Of a stretch of DNA of 64,000 bases, positions 8,698 through 18,586 are shown piece after piece. The stretch is from Methanomassiliicoccus sp. Lineage in GTDB: Archaea > Thermoplasmatota > Thermoplasmata > Methanomassiliicoccales > Methanomassiliicoccaceae. Position 1 is the stretch's first letter; every line of letters starts with the position of its first letter. The notes beneath the pieces are model-generated. The model ran no database searches, was not told the DNA's origin, and was given only the letters and a program-made list of their open reading frames with translations. Where the stretch lies: contig JADFDJ010000010.1 of NCBI GenBank assembly GCA_018262895.1, positions 17,199 to 81,198 on the forward strand, in the 5' to 3' direction. The position numbers were made by a program, and so were the translations under genes.

Positions 8698-10839
8698 ATG
8701 ACGGAGCTCAGAGCCCCATACGGTAGCTACAAAGGCCAAATCGCCGAAAGCATGGACATCACTTCCCTTGACGATCCTCGGTTGTTCATCAACAGAGAGC
8801 TCAGCTGGCTCGATTTCAACCGCAGGGTGCTGGAGGAGGCCGAGGACCCTACACAGCCCTTGCTGGAAAGAGCGAAGTTCTTCGCCATCTGCGGCAGCAA
8901 CCTTGACGAGTTCTTCATGTCCCGTGTGCCGGGACTGATCCGCCAGTCCGCCAAGGGAGCGCTGGAGGCACCGGCCGACGGCATGACCCCAGATGAGCAG
9001 CTGGACGCCATCAAGGAGCGTGTGGACTACCTGCTGAAGGAGTACCGTCGGGTCTGGGAGGAGAAGCTCCTTCCAGAGCTGGCCGAGGCGGGGATCCGCA
9101 TACTGCGGATCAGCGAGCTGACTCCGGAAAGGAGGGCCTCGTTGCGCGCCTACTTCGAGCAGAACCTGTTCCCCATACTGACCCCTCTCGCCTTCGACCT
9201 CAACCACCCGTTCCCCTTCATATCGGGAGGGGCGATCAACCTCGCGGTGGTCGTGCGCGACTCCATGGGGCACGAGAAGTTCGCCAGAGTTAAGGTTCCA
9301 GGCGGAGGCCTTCTCCCCAGGCTGGTCAAGCTGGACGATGGGGGCGAGGGGCGTAGGAACGATCTGCAGTACGTTTTCGTCGAGGACCTGGTGGCCTCGA
9401 ACCTGGACATGCTGTTCACCGGGGTGAGGGTGGAGGCCGTGTATCCCTTCCGCGTGACCCGGGACGCGGAGTTCGAGATCGAGCTGGACGAGACCCATGA
9501 CCTCCTGACGGCCATGGAGGAGGGTGTGGAATCTCGGAGGGTGGGCGACTCCTCGCGCCTGGAGGTGGACGTGGAAATGCCTGCTCGCATAGCGGAGATG
9601 CTCGCCTCCAAGCTAGGGCTTGCCCCCAACCTCATCTACCGGTCGCCCATACCGCTAGCGCTTGTGGACCTATGGCAGATGCTCGACGTGCAGCGCCCGG
9701 ACCTCAAGGACGCCCCCTTCCTGCCGTTCACACCGAAGCTCCTGGCCAATGAAAGGACCATCCTGAACAATGTCGCCGAGCGCGATGTGGTGCTCTATCA
9801 CCCTTATGACTCGTTCCAGCCGTTGATCGGAATGCTGCAGCAGGCGGCGGTGGACCCTGACGTCATGGCTATCAAAATCACCTTCTACCGCATCGACCAG
9901 AACTCCCCGCTGGTGGAGGCGCTCATGGAGGCGCGCAGGAACGGCAAGGCCGTGGCCGCGGTCCTGGAGCTCAAGGCGAAGTTCGACGAGACCAACAACA
10001 TATCCTGGGCAAGGCAGCTGGAGCAGGCCGGGGTGCACGTGGTCTACGGTCCGGTGGACATCAAGATACATGCCAAGATGTGCCTCATCGTCAAGAGAGG
10101 ACGGGACGGGCCCATCCGCATCTGCCATCTGTCCTCGGGTAACTACAATTCCAAGACCGCCCGCACTTATGGTGACATCGGGTACCTGACCGCGGACCCG
10201 GAGATAACCGCTGACGTGGCCGACCTGTTCAATGCTCTGACCGGCTACAGCTTGAGAGAAGAGTACAAGAGGATGCTGGTGTCCCCTAACGGTATCAGGA
10301 AGGGCATCGTGGAGAGGATCGATCGGGAGATCGCCAGGCACCAGCAGTACGGCGATGGCTACATAGCCTTCAAGATCAACGCCCTCATCGACAAGGGGAT
10401 CATCCAGGCGCTTTACAGGGCATCGATGGCAGGGGTCAAGATAGACCTGAACGTCAGGGGACTGTGCAGCCTGCGGCCTGGCGTGCCGGGGGTGAGCGAC
10501 AACATCAGGGTGACCTCCATAATATCCAGGTTCCTGGAGCACTCCCGGATCTACTACTTCAGGAACGGCGGAGATAGCGAGGTCCTGCTGGGCTCTTCGG
10601 ACATGATGCCGCGAAACCTGAACCGGAGGGTGGAGATACTCTTTCCCGTGCGGGAGAAGCGTCTGCGCAAGGTCCTGGTGAGGTGCATCCTGGAGGCGCA
10701 TCTCCGCGACAACGTCAAGGCCCGCGAGCTCCTGCCGAGCGGGGAGTGGGCGAGGGTCAAGCTCAAGGAAGACGAGAAGCGGTTCGATTCCCAGGAATGG
10801 CTTCTAGCGAACAGGGGAGCGTGGCATGGGGAAAGGTGA
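8698..10839 (+). CDS. ppk1: Polyphosphate kinase 1
   Basis: FINRELSWLDFNRRVL, NLDEFF, HPFPFI, YHPYDSF, ELKAKFDE, KIHAK, RFLEHSR; ATG after GGTGAGGGG at 8698. Confidence 0.97.
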   Translation: MTELRAPYGSYKGQIAESMDITSLDDPRLFINRELSWLDFNRRVLEEAEDPTQPLLERAKFFAICGSNLDEFFMSRVPGLIRQSAKGALEAPADGMTPDEQLDAIKERVDYLLKEYRRVWEEKLLPELAEAGIRILRISELTPERRASLRAYFEQNLFPILTPLAFDLNHPFPFISGGAINLAVVVRDSMGHEKFARVKVPGGGLLPRLVKLDDGGEGRRNDLQYVFVEDLVASNLDMLFTGVRVEAVYPFRVTRDAEFEIELDETHDLLTAMEEGVESRRVGDSSRLEVDVEMPARIAEMLASKLGLAPNLIYRSPIPLALVDLWQMLDVQRPDLKDAPFLPFTPKLLANERTILNNVAERDVVLYHPYDSFQPLIGMLQQAAVDPDVMAIKITFYRIDQNSPLVEALMEARRNGKAVAAVLELKAKFDETNNISWARQLEQAGVHVVYGPVDIKIHAKMCLIVKRGRDGPIRICHLSSGNYNSKTARTYGDIGYLTADPEITADVADLFNALTGYSLREEYKRMLVSPNGIRKGIVERIDREIARHQQYGDGYIAFKINALIDKGIIQALYRASMAGVKIDLNVRGLCSLRPGVPGVSDNIRVTSIISRFLEHSRIYYFRNGGDSEVLLGSSDMMPRNLNRRVEILFPVREKRLRKVLVRCILEAHLRDNVKARELLPSGEWARVKLKEDEKRFDSQEWLLANRGAWHGER

Positions 10840-13114
10840 GGACCCCGGCCTCTGCCTCCTGGGAGCCACGATGCTTCTGCAGCACGTAGTTGAGCTGGAG
10901 CGGCAGTCCCTAGCCGCCAGGGACATGGACGTCGAGGGGGTGCATCAGATGCGCGTCGCATCCCGCAGGGTGCGTTCCGGGCTACCTATCTTCAGCAGCT
11001 GCTTCAAGAAAAGCCAGTACGATGAATGGAGGAGCGGAATCAAGGGACTAACCAGGGCCCTGGGGGAGGCCCGCGATGCCGACGTCCAGATAGAGTACCT
11101 CCGCGGCCTGCTGGGAAGGAGCGATGAGCTCATCGGTAAGGGTATCTCTCTTCTGCTGGAGAAGAAGCAGGCCCAGCGCCTGGAGCATCAGGCACAGGTG
11201 GTGGCATGCCTGGACGAGATGAGCGGCTCGGGAGTGCTGCAGGACATGGAGGACCGCCTCTCCAGGACGGTTGAGAAGCTGGAGGGAGCAAAGGCGGACG
11301 TCCGGGGCCGGCCCAGTTATGCCGCGGGGTGCGCCCATGCCTCTCTTCGCTTGGCCGAGGTGATGAAGCTGGAACATTGCGTGGCGGACCCACAGGCCAA
11401 GTCCGATCATCACCAGCTGCGTATCGCCGTCAAGAGGCTGCGGTACACGCTGGAGGCGTTCCGGCCCCTGTTCGACGACGAGCTGAAGGGCGAGATACGG
11501 GCCCTCAAGGAAGTCCAGGACCTACTGGGGGAGATGCACGACTGCGACGTCTGGCTCGATGGTCTCGACGCTTCGAGCGAGGTCCTGATGCCCTCAGACA
11601 GTAAGGACGCTTCCACCATCGTGCCCGGCCTGGAGGCCATAAGGTCCGATCGCTCGCAGGAGCGCGAGAGGCTCTACGCTGAGTTCTCTGAGAAATGGCA
11701 AGAGCTGCGTCAGCGGCGGTTCTTCGAGGGCCTCCCCGAAAGGTTCCGCTCCGGCATGTCCGTAGAGGTGACGGCCATCCCCGTGGCGGAGCCTCGGTGT
11801 CCTGTAAAACTGGCGATCATCTCCGACGTCCACGGCAACATGGACGCCCTGCAGGCGGTCCTCGACGATGCCCGCGAGCAGGGCGTGGGATCGTTCATCA
11901 ACCTCGGCGACATGGTGGGCTCGGGGGCTTACCCGGAGGAGGTCGTGAGAGCCCTGAGCGGGGACCATTTCGTTTCCGTGGCAGGCAACTTCGACCTCAA
12001 GGTGCTGAAGAGGTCCCGCTCATCCAAGAGGCCCGAGGCCCGCTCCGTCAAGGAGACCATCATCGCAGCCGCGACAGGCGAGCTCTCCGAGGAGAGCCTG
12101 AAGTTCATCTCCAACCTGCCCAAGGAGCTGAGGTTGGACGTTTGCGGGAAGAGGCTGCTCCTGGTCCACGCCAGCCCGGGCGGTCCCCGGGAGATCCTCG
12201 GTCCGGACGTACCTGAGGAGAGGCTTCGGGAGCTGGGTCGTATCGCCGACGCCGACATCGTCCTGGTGGGCCACTCGCATCGCGCGTTCGTGCGACGCGT
12301 GGACGGCGTGCTCTTCGCCAACCCCGGGAGCGTGGGCCGCCCGGTCGACGGGGACCCCCGGGCCTCATACGCGGTAATTAGCACCGGCGACTTCTCGGTG
12401 GACCTGAGGAGGGTGGAGTACGACGTGGAGGCCGCGGTCCAGGCACCGAGGGAGAAGGGACTGCCGGAGGAGGTGGGGGAGACCCTGCGACGGGGCATCT
12501 CCGGCCGGGACCTGGACCAAGAACGGTGCGGCCCCTTTGGGGACCGGGCATGGTGCCTGGAGAAGATCAGGGGCATCGCCAGGGAGATGAACGTCGATCA
12601 CCCCCACGCCGAGAACGTGCTCCGCCTGGCATCCTCCCTCTTCCGGCAGCTGAAGCCCCTGCACGGTCTGGGTGCCGGGGACCGGTTCCTCCTCGAGGTC
12701 GGCTGCCTGCTTCACGACGTAGGGGCCTCTGAGGGACTGAAAGGACATCACCGGACCGGCTACCGCATGATCCAAGAGACGTACCTCCCCCTCAGCCAGG
12801 AGGAGAGGCACATCGTGGCTTGCCTGGCGAGGTACCATCGCAAGCGCCCACCGCGCAGCGGTGATCCCGAGCTCCTCCCCTTGGACGAGAAGGCCCGCCA
12901 CCGCCTGCTCGCACTCGCCTCCATGCTCCGGATCGCGGACGGCCTCGACTACAGCCACGATGGCGCTGTCAAGGACGTGAGGTGCAGGATATGCCCTGAC
13001 GAGGTTATCTTGAAGGTCCGGCCGTGCGATGGGGCCGTGGACCCGTCTAACCTGAGCCTGAGGAAGAGCGACCTGTTCGAATCGACGTTTGGAAAGAAGG
13101 TTAGGATCTCATGA
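10826..13114 (+). CDS. CHAD domain + calcineurin-like metallophosphoesterase + HD (Ppx C-terminal-type) fusion protein
   Basis: CHAD motifs VHQMRVASRR, LGEARDADV, HQLRIAVKRLRY, LGEMHDCDV; phosphoesterase motifs SDVHGN, LGDMVG, GNFD, GHSH, NPGSVG; HD motifs LLHDVG, HH, YHRK, LRIADGLD. Confidence 0.88.
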   Translation: MGKGEDPGLCLLGATMLLQHVVELERQSLAARDMDVEGVHQMRVASRRVRSGLPIFSSCFKKSQYDEWRSGIKGLTRALGEARDADVQIEYLRGLLGRSDELIGKGISLLLEKKQAQRLEHQAQVVACLDEMSGSGVLQDMEDRLSRTVEKLEGAKADVRGRPSYAAGCAHASLRLAEVMKLEHCVADPQAKSDHHQLRIAVKRLRYTLEAFRPLFDDELKGEIRALKEVQDLLGEMHDCDVWLDGLDASSEVLMPSDSKDASTIVPGLEAIRSDRSQERERLYAEFSEKWQELRQRRFFEGLPERFRSGMSVEVTAIPVAEPRCPVKLAIISDVHGNMDALQAVLDDAREQGVGSFINLGDMVGSGAYPEEVVRALSGDHFVSVAGNFDLKVLKRSRSSKRPEARSVKETIIAAATGELSEESLKFISNLPKELRLDVCGKRLLLVHASPGGPREILGPDVPEERLRELGRIADADIVLVGHSHRAFVRRVDGVLFANPGSVGRPVDGDPRASYAVISTGDFSVDLRRVEYDVEAAVQAPREKGLPEEVGETLRRGISGRDLDQERCGPFGDRAWCLEKIRGIAREMNVDHPHAENVLRLASSLFRQLKPLHGLGAGDRFLLEVGCLLHDVGASEGLKGHHRTGYRMIQETYLPLSQEERHIVACLARYHRKRPPRSGDPELLPLDEKARHRLLALASMLRIADGLDYSHDGAVKDVRCRICPDEVILKVRPCDGAVDPSNLSLRKSDLFESTFGKKVRIS

Positions 13115-14673
13115 ACAACTGGAACCCCCGCTCCGACCACGTGGTATCGTTCATAGACCTCGGCACCAACTCGGTGCGCATGATGGTGGTGCGCCTCAAC
13201 CCCAACTACTCGTACACGCTTATAAGCCATGAGAAGGAGGTGGTTCGTCTGGGGGAGAGCGAGTTCGGGGACAACACCATCCGTCGGGAGGCCATGGACC
13301 GTACGGTGCTGGTGTGCCAGAAGTTCGTTCAGCTGTCCAAGGCCTACGGTGCGGACGAGATAATCATGATCGCTACCTCAGCTGCGCGGGAGGCCACCAA
13401 CCAGAACGTCCTTGTGGAGCGCATGCGGGAGGAGGCGGGTGTGGAGCTGGGGGTGATCTCAGGGATAGAGGAGGCCCGCCTGATCCACCTGGGGGTAAGC
13501 TCGGGGGTGGACCTGGGTACGAGGGACGCCCTGTTCATCGACATCGGGGGCGGCAGCACGGAGGTCATCATCGGTGACCAGGAACGCTACTCCATGCTCG
13601 ACAGCCTCATGCTGGGGGCCATCAGGACGACCACGATGTTCATCCCCGAGGGGCACAAGGGGCCTGTGGATGAAAACCTGTACAACAAGATGAAGCGCCA
13701 TGCACGGGGGGTCATGGTCCACACGGTCAGGTCAGCGTCCATGGTCAAGTACGACCAGGTCTGGGGAAGCTCGGGCACCGTCGTGAACCTGGCGGAGATG
13801 GCCGCCCGCGCCTACGGCGGGAGGCCGGGCGTACTGCGCTTCAGCCATCTGAAGAAGCTGGCGTCAATGCTGCGGTCCCTGGACCTAGCCTCCAGGAGGC
13901 TGGTTCCGGGCATCAATCCCGAACGGGCGGACATAATCATCGCAGGGGCGGCCATACTTGAGACGTTCATGGAGGAGCTTCACATCGAGGAGCTCAACGT
14001 AAGCGACCGCGGGGTCCTCAACGGAATGCTGGTCGACTACCTTTCGGGCATAGATGGTTACCCTCACGCCCAGCGTATGTCGGTCCGCGAGACCAGCGTG
14101 CTCCAGCTGGGCAGATCGTGCAACTTGGACGAGCAGCATGCGGAGACCGTCATGAGGCTGGCCCTGGAGCTTTTCGACAGCGCCAAGGAGATAGGCCTGC
14201 ACAACCTAGGGGCCAAGGAGAGGGAGCTCCTGGGGTATGCCGCGTACCTCCACGATGTCGGGGACTTCATCTCCTTCGACAACCACCACGCGCACTCCTA
14301 CTACATAGTGAGGAACGCGGACCTGTTGGGCTTCGAGGGCCGGGAGATCGCCATCATGGCCAACCTGGTGCTGTACCATCGGAAGCGCCCGCCCCGCCGC
14401 AAGGACCCGGGAATGGCGGACCTTGACGGACGGACCCAGCAGAACATCATCACCCTGTCCGCGTTCCTGCGATTGGCCGAGACCCTGGACCGGAGCCATG
14501 CAGGCCTGGTGTCCGGGGTGGGGTTCACGAAGAAGGACAAGAGCGAGGTCGTCCTCGAGGTCGTCGCCGAGGTCGACGCCTCTCTGGAGGTTTGGGGACT
14601 GGACGATGATCAGAAGGCTTTCTACAAGGCCTTCGACCGCAGCCTCAGGGTCAGGGTCCGAGGGGCCGCATAA
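13111..14673 (+). CDS. ppx: Exopolyphosphatase Ppx/GppA with C-terminal HD domain
   Basis: IDLGTNSVRM, ATSAAREA, DIGGGSTE, RADII, LHDVG; ATGA overlap with the upstream gene. Confidence 0.95.
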   Translation: MNNWNPRSDHVVSFIDLGTNSVRMMVVRLNPNYSYTLISHEKEVVRLGESEFGDNTIRREAMDRTVLVCQKFVQLSKAYGADEIIMIATSAAREATNQNVLVERMREEAGVELGVISGIEEARLIHLGVSSGVDLGTRDALFIDIGGGSTEVIIGDQERYSMLDSLMLGAIRTTTMFIPEGHKGPVDENLYNKMKRHARGVMVHTVRSASMVKYDQVWGSSGTVVNLAEMAARAYGGRPGVLRFSHLKKLASMLRSLDLASRRLVPGINPERADIIIAGAAILETFMEELHIEELNVSDRGVLNGMLVDYLSGIDGYPHAQRMSVRETSVLQLGRSCNLDEQHAETVMRLALELFDSAKEIGLHNLGAKERELLGYAAYLHDVGDFISFDNHHAHSYYIVRNADLLGFEGREIAIMANLVLYHRKRPPRRKDPGMADLDGRTQQNIITLSAFLRLAETLDRSHAGLVSGVGFTKKDKSEVVLEVVAEVDASLEVWGLDDDQKAFYKAFDRSLRVRVRGAA

Positions 14674-14706
14674 CGGTTATTGCCTTGGCGATGCATAGCG
14701 GAGACC

Positions 14707-15162
14707 ATGAACGCTCCGCTGAAGGAGTATCAGGCCAAGCGAGACTTCTCCCGTACTCCAGAACCGGCGTCCGGCGGGGAGTCGGACGAGCCTTTCTTCG
14801 TGGTGCATGACCATCATGCATCCAGCCACCATCATGATCTCCGCCTCCTGCTGGACGGGACCCTGAAGAGCTGGGCGGTCCCCAAGGGAGTGCCGGAGGA
14901 GCTAAAGGTCAAGAGGCTGGCGGTGCAGACCGAGGACCATCCTGTCTCCTATGGGGATTTCGAGGGCGAGATCCCGGAGGGCGAGTACGGTGCGGGGAGG
15001 GTGGAGATCTTCGACAAGGGGGGGTTCCAGCTCCTCGAGAGGAGGGAGGATACCATAGTCTTCAAGCTGGACGGAAAGAGGCTGAAGGGGACCTATGCCT
15101 TGGTGAGGTTCAAGGGGAAGGAGTCATCAGCGAAGAACTGGCTGGTCATGAGAATAAAGTGA
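14707..15162 (+). CDS. Stand-alone DNA ligase D 3'-phosphoesterase (PE) domain protein
   Basis: YQAKRDFSRTPEP, FVVHDHHASSHHHDLRL, LKSWAVPKG, RLAVQTEDHP…YGAGRVEIFDKG. Confidence 0.92.
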   Translation: MNAPLKEYQAKRDFSRTPEPASGGESDEPFFVVHDHHASSHHHDLRLLLDGTLKSWAVPKGVPEELKVKRLAVQTEDHPVSYGDFEGEIPEGEYGAGRVEIFDKGGFQLLERREDTIVFKLDGKRLKGTYALVRFKGKESSAKNWLVMRIK

Positions 15163-15200
15163 AGAAAACTGAGAAAATGGTTTGGTAAGAAAGGGGGCGC

Positions 15201-15413
15201 TTACTTCTTCATTATCTTCATCCAGCCGCCGCTCTCGAAGACACCCAGTCCTCTGGACTTGAGGGTCTTCTCGAACTCATCCCAGGGGATGATCTCCAAG
15301 CGGTCGTTGGATCCCTTGGTGAACTGAATTCCGTTCGTTCCCTTTACCCTTCCGGGCTTGAGACCTTTCTTCTTAGCGATTTCCTTGGCCTTATCGACGT
15401 TAATCTGCTCCAT
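15201..15413 (-). CDS. Small basic hypothetical protein (~70 aa)
   Basis: Lys-rich ORF with upstream GAGG; LEIIPWDEF segment; no family recognised. Confidence 0.7.
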   Translation of the reverse strand: MEQINVDKAKEIAKKKGLKPGRVKGTNGIQFTKGSNDRLEIIPWDEFEKTLKSRGLGVFESGGWMKIMKK

Positions 15414-15675
15414 GACCAATGATTTCCCTCCTAGTTCGTTGTGGGCGATGATGGCCATACGACCCAGATAGTAATGGCTAGGACGCATATATAATATTTA
15501 TCCTATAATGTTGACGAGCCAGTATCCAAAATAGTAGGTGAAAGGGGGGCAATCAACGCTTTTTTTGGTAGAAAAATGAAAATGCCTGGCCATATTATCT
15601 ATAAAATTATAACCGATAATTTGGTCATCAATAGTTTTATTCCTGTTCTGTATGCTTCTGGAACGGCTTGATATC

Positions 15676-16977
15676 ATGTCCTTGTTCGGATCATCGGGAA
15701 TAAGAGGGGTCATCGGTCAGGATTTCACTCCGGACCTAGCGGTCAGCATCAGCGAGGCGGTCGCCAGCAACAACCATGAGATCGTGATAGGTCGGGACAC
15801 GAGGACCACCGGCCCGATGGTGTCCCAGGCGCTTATCGCTGGGGCCACCTCCATGGGAGCGAACGTCCACGATGCGGGAATGGTGTCCACCCCCACCCTG
15901 GCCCGGGAGGCCACAGGGTTCGACTGCGGCATAATGGTCACCGCCTCCCATAATCCATCTCAATATAATGGTGTGAAGCTGTGGAACCCCGACGGCTCGG
16001 CCTTCGACACCCCCCAGATGACCGAGGTGGAGAACAGGATAATCTCCAGGGCCTACGAGCCCAAGAGCTGGCGCCATGTGGGAACGACATTTATCCTGGA
16101 GGGAGCGCTGGAGCGGCACGTGGAGGCGATAGCCAAGGCCCTGGGCACCGCGTCCGCCCAGGTGGTCCTGGACTGCGGCTGCGGGGCCACCTTCGAGGTC
16201 AGCCCCCGGGCCCTGAGGACCCTGGGTTGCCGGCTCACCACGCTGAACTGCCAGGCCGATGGTTTCTTCCCTGGACGTACCCCCGAGCCCACCGAGGACC
16301 AGCTGCAGGACCTGAAGGAGCTGGTGCTGAAGAAGGGGGCGGACGTGGGGATCGCCCACGACGGCGACGGGGACCGAATGGTGGCGGTGGACGACCGAGG
16401 CAGGTTCATCGACGGCGACCGCCTCATAGCCCTGTTCGCAAGCTCCCTGAAGGTGAAGGGAGTGGTCGCACCTATGGACGCCTCCATGGTTCTGGATGAT
16501 CTGGTAGGCAAGGTCGTGAGGTGCAAGGTAGGCGACGTGTACGTGGCCGAAGCGCTGAAGCAGCACTCCCTGGACTTCGGAGGGGAGCCATCCGGCACCT
16601 ACATATTCCCCAAGGAGACGTACTGCCCTGACGGAGTTTACGCCGGCGCCCTGCTGGCTAAGATGGCCTCGGAGCAGAAGCTGTCCGAGGTGGTCGATGC
16701 CCTGCCTTCCTATCCGGCTAGGAGAACGTCCCACCAGTTCGAGGCCCGCGCCCGGCGGGAGGTGGAGGAGCGCCTGGCCTCTGCCGCCGCGCAGCTGGAC
16801 TGCGACCGCATGCTTACATTGGACGGCTTCCGTGCGGAGTACCCTGACGGGTGGTTCCTGGTGAGATTGTCGGGAACGGAGCCCAAGCTGCGGGTCACCG
16901 TGGAGGCCCGGGACCGTGCGGAACTGGAGAGGCTCTCGAAAATCGCCTCGGAGATGGTCGGGAGGTGCCTGAGATGA
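15676..16977 (+). CDS. glmM: Phosphoglucosamine mutase
   Basis: LFGSSGIRG, TASHNP, HDGDGDR, GGEPSG, RLSGTEPKLR; coupled to glmU. Confidence 0.9.
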   Translation: MSLFGSSGIRGVIGQDFTPDLAVSISEAVASNNHEIVIGRDTRTTGPMVSQALIAGATSMGANVHDAGMVSTPTLAREATGFDCGIMVTASHNPSQYNGVKLWNPDGSAFDTPQMTEVENRIISRAYEPKSWRHVGTTFILEGALERHVEAIAKALGTASAQVVLDCGCGATFEVSPRALRTLGCRLTTLNCQADGFFPGRTPEPTEDQLQDLKELVLKKGADVGIAHDGDGDRMVAVDDRGRFIDGDRLIALFASSLKVKGVVAPMDASMVLDDLVGKVVRCKVGDVYVAEALKQHSLDFGGEPSGTYIFPKETYCPDGVYAGALLAKMASEQKLSEVVDALPSYPARRTSHQFEARARREVEERLASAAAQLDCDRMLTLDGFRAEYPDGWFLVRLSGTEPKLRVTVEARDRAELERLSKIASEMVGRCLR

Positions 16978-18200
16978 AGGCCCTGGTCCTGGCCGCGGGA
17001 GAGGGCACCAGGCTGCGCCCCCTCACCACCAACACGCCCAAGCCCCTCCTCCTGGTGGCGGGCAGGCCGTTCATGTCCCACGTCCTTGAGGCCCTCTCGG
17101 CCCTGGACGTGAAGGACATCTACATCCTTGTAGGCTGGAAGGCGAACAAGATCAAGGAGTACTACGGTGACGGCTCCCGGCTGGGGCTCCGGATCAAGTA
17201 CCTGGAGCAGAGGGAGAGGATGGGTACCGCCCACGCCATCGGATGCGCCGACGGCTCCATCGATGAGCCGTTTGTTTGCATCAATGGTGACGTGATCATC
17301 TTCCAGGACGACATCAAGAGCATGATCGATAAGCACGCGTCCACGGGAGGGCACGTCATGGGAACGGTCGCGGTGGAGCGCCCCGAGCGCTTCGGTGTCA
17401 TCGAGGCCAGCGGCGACCGACTGGTGCGCATACATGAGAAGCCAAAGGTCCCTCCCACGAAGATGATCAATGCCGGGGCCTTCATCTTCAACCCCGACAT
17501 ATTCGACGCCATCAAGGCGACGCCCAAGTCCGTCCGTGGAGAGTACGAGATCACCGATACCCTGAACTCCCTGGCCGAGAACAGCGGCGTGCACATCGAG
17601 GAGCTGAAGCATGGGTGGATGGACGTGGGCCTCCCCTGGGACCTCCTGAGGGCGAACGAGATCCTAATGGCCCGCCTCCGGGGACGGGTCGAGGGCACCG
17701 TCGAACCAGGCGCGGTGCTGCAGGGCGAGGTGGTGGTGGAAAAGGGGGCGCGGATCAGAAGCGGCACCTACATCGAGGGGCCCACATACATATCCGAGGG
17801 CTGCGACATCGGTCCCAACTGTTACATTCGCGCCTCCACCTGCCTGGGCCCGGGCGTGAGGGTGGGCGCGTCGGTGGAGGTGAAGAACTCCATCGTCATG
17901 TCCAAGACCCACGTGCCCCACCACAACTACGTCGGCGACAGCATCCTGGGGGAGAGGTGCAACCTGGGCGCGGGCACCAAGGTGGCCAACCTGCGCTTCG
18001 ATGACAAGCCCGTCAAGGTCACCTTCAAGGGGGAGCTCATCGACTCGGGCCGGAGGAAGCTAGGAGTGATCATGGGGGATGATGTCAAGACCGGCATCAA
18101 TGCCATGATCGACCCAGGCACCATCGTGTTCGAGAACTCCATAATCGGACCGGGAGCCATCGCCCACGGGAACGTAGGTCCTGGAAGCCGGATACTGTAA
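16974..18200 (+). CDS. glmU: Bifunctional sugar-1-phosphate nucleotidylyltransferase/acetyltransferase (archaeal GlmU)
   Basis: LAAGEGTRLRPLT…PKPL, SVRGEYEITD, hexapeptide repeats, GRRKLGVIMGD; true start is the ATG at 16974 (ATGA overlap). Confidence 0.9.
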   Translation: MKALVLAAGEGTRLRPLTTNTPKPLLLVAGRPFMSHVLEALSALDVKDIYILVGWKANKIKEYYGDGSRLGLRIKYLEQRERMGTAHAIGCADGSIDEPFVCINGDVIIFQDDIKSMIDKHASTGGHVMGTVAVERPERFGVIEASGDRLVRIHEKPKVPPTKMINAGAFIFNPDIFDAIKATPKSVRGEYEITDTLNSLAENSGVHIEELKHGWMDVGLPWDLLRANEILMARLRGRVEGTVEPGAVLQGEVVVEKGARIRSGTYIEGPTYISEGCDIGPNCYIRASTCLGPGVRVGASVEVKNSIVMSKTHVPHHNYVGDSILGERCNLGAGTKVANLRFDDKPVKVTFKGELIDSGRRKLGVIMGDDVKTGINAMIDPGTIVFENSIIGPGAIAHGNVGPGSRIL

Positions 18201-18205
18201 TGTGC

Positions 18206-18586
18206 CTACACTATCTCCAAGGTGATCCTCGCACCCTCACGGTCATAGGGCTGCCAGCTCCGCCGGTCAAAGGGGAGGCAGGTGATGATGTGAGTGTTGC
18301 CGAAGTTGCTGAACAGGTGCAGGTCCTCGTCCGAGGGCCGGTTGGACGGCCCGGGGTGGGAGTGGACCGTCCCCACCACGCTGAAGTCGATGGGCAGCAT
18401 GTGCAGCTGCATGGACGCGGAGTGCTCGTTGGAGATGCTGCCAGGGAAGAGTAGTATCTCTGTGATTATGCCCTCCTCCGCCCTGAGAGCGGCCACGAAC
18501 TCGTTGGGGAACGACTCCCGGGATGCCTCGTTGATCATGTCTAGGACATCCCCCTCGATCCCCCAAACCGACCTCCTCTTGCTCAT
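18206..18586 (-). CDS. JAMM/MPN+ (Mov34) metalloprotease
   Basis: PNE…HSHP-x5-S-x2-D JAMM motif. Confidence 0.9.
   Translation of the reverse strand: MSKRRSVWGIEGDVLDMINEASRESFPNEFVAALRAEEGIITEILLFPGSISNEHSASMQLHMLPIDFSVVGTVHSHPGPSNRPSDEDLHLFSNFGNTHIITCLPFDRRSWQPYDREGARITLEIV

Noticed and set aside
8683..14540. Long antisense and alternate-frame ORFs over ppk/CHAD/ppx (similar ones over glmM, aguB, ABC genes and smc)
   Set aside because: Expected shadows of GC-rich coding sequence; no motifs.
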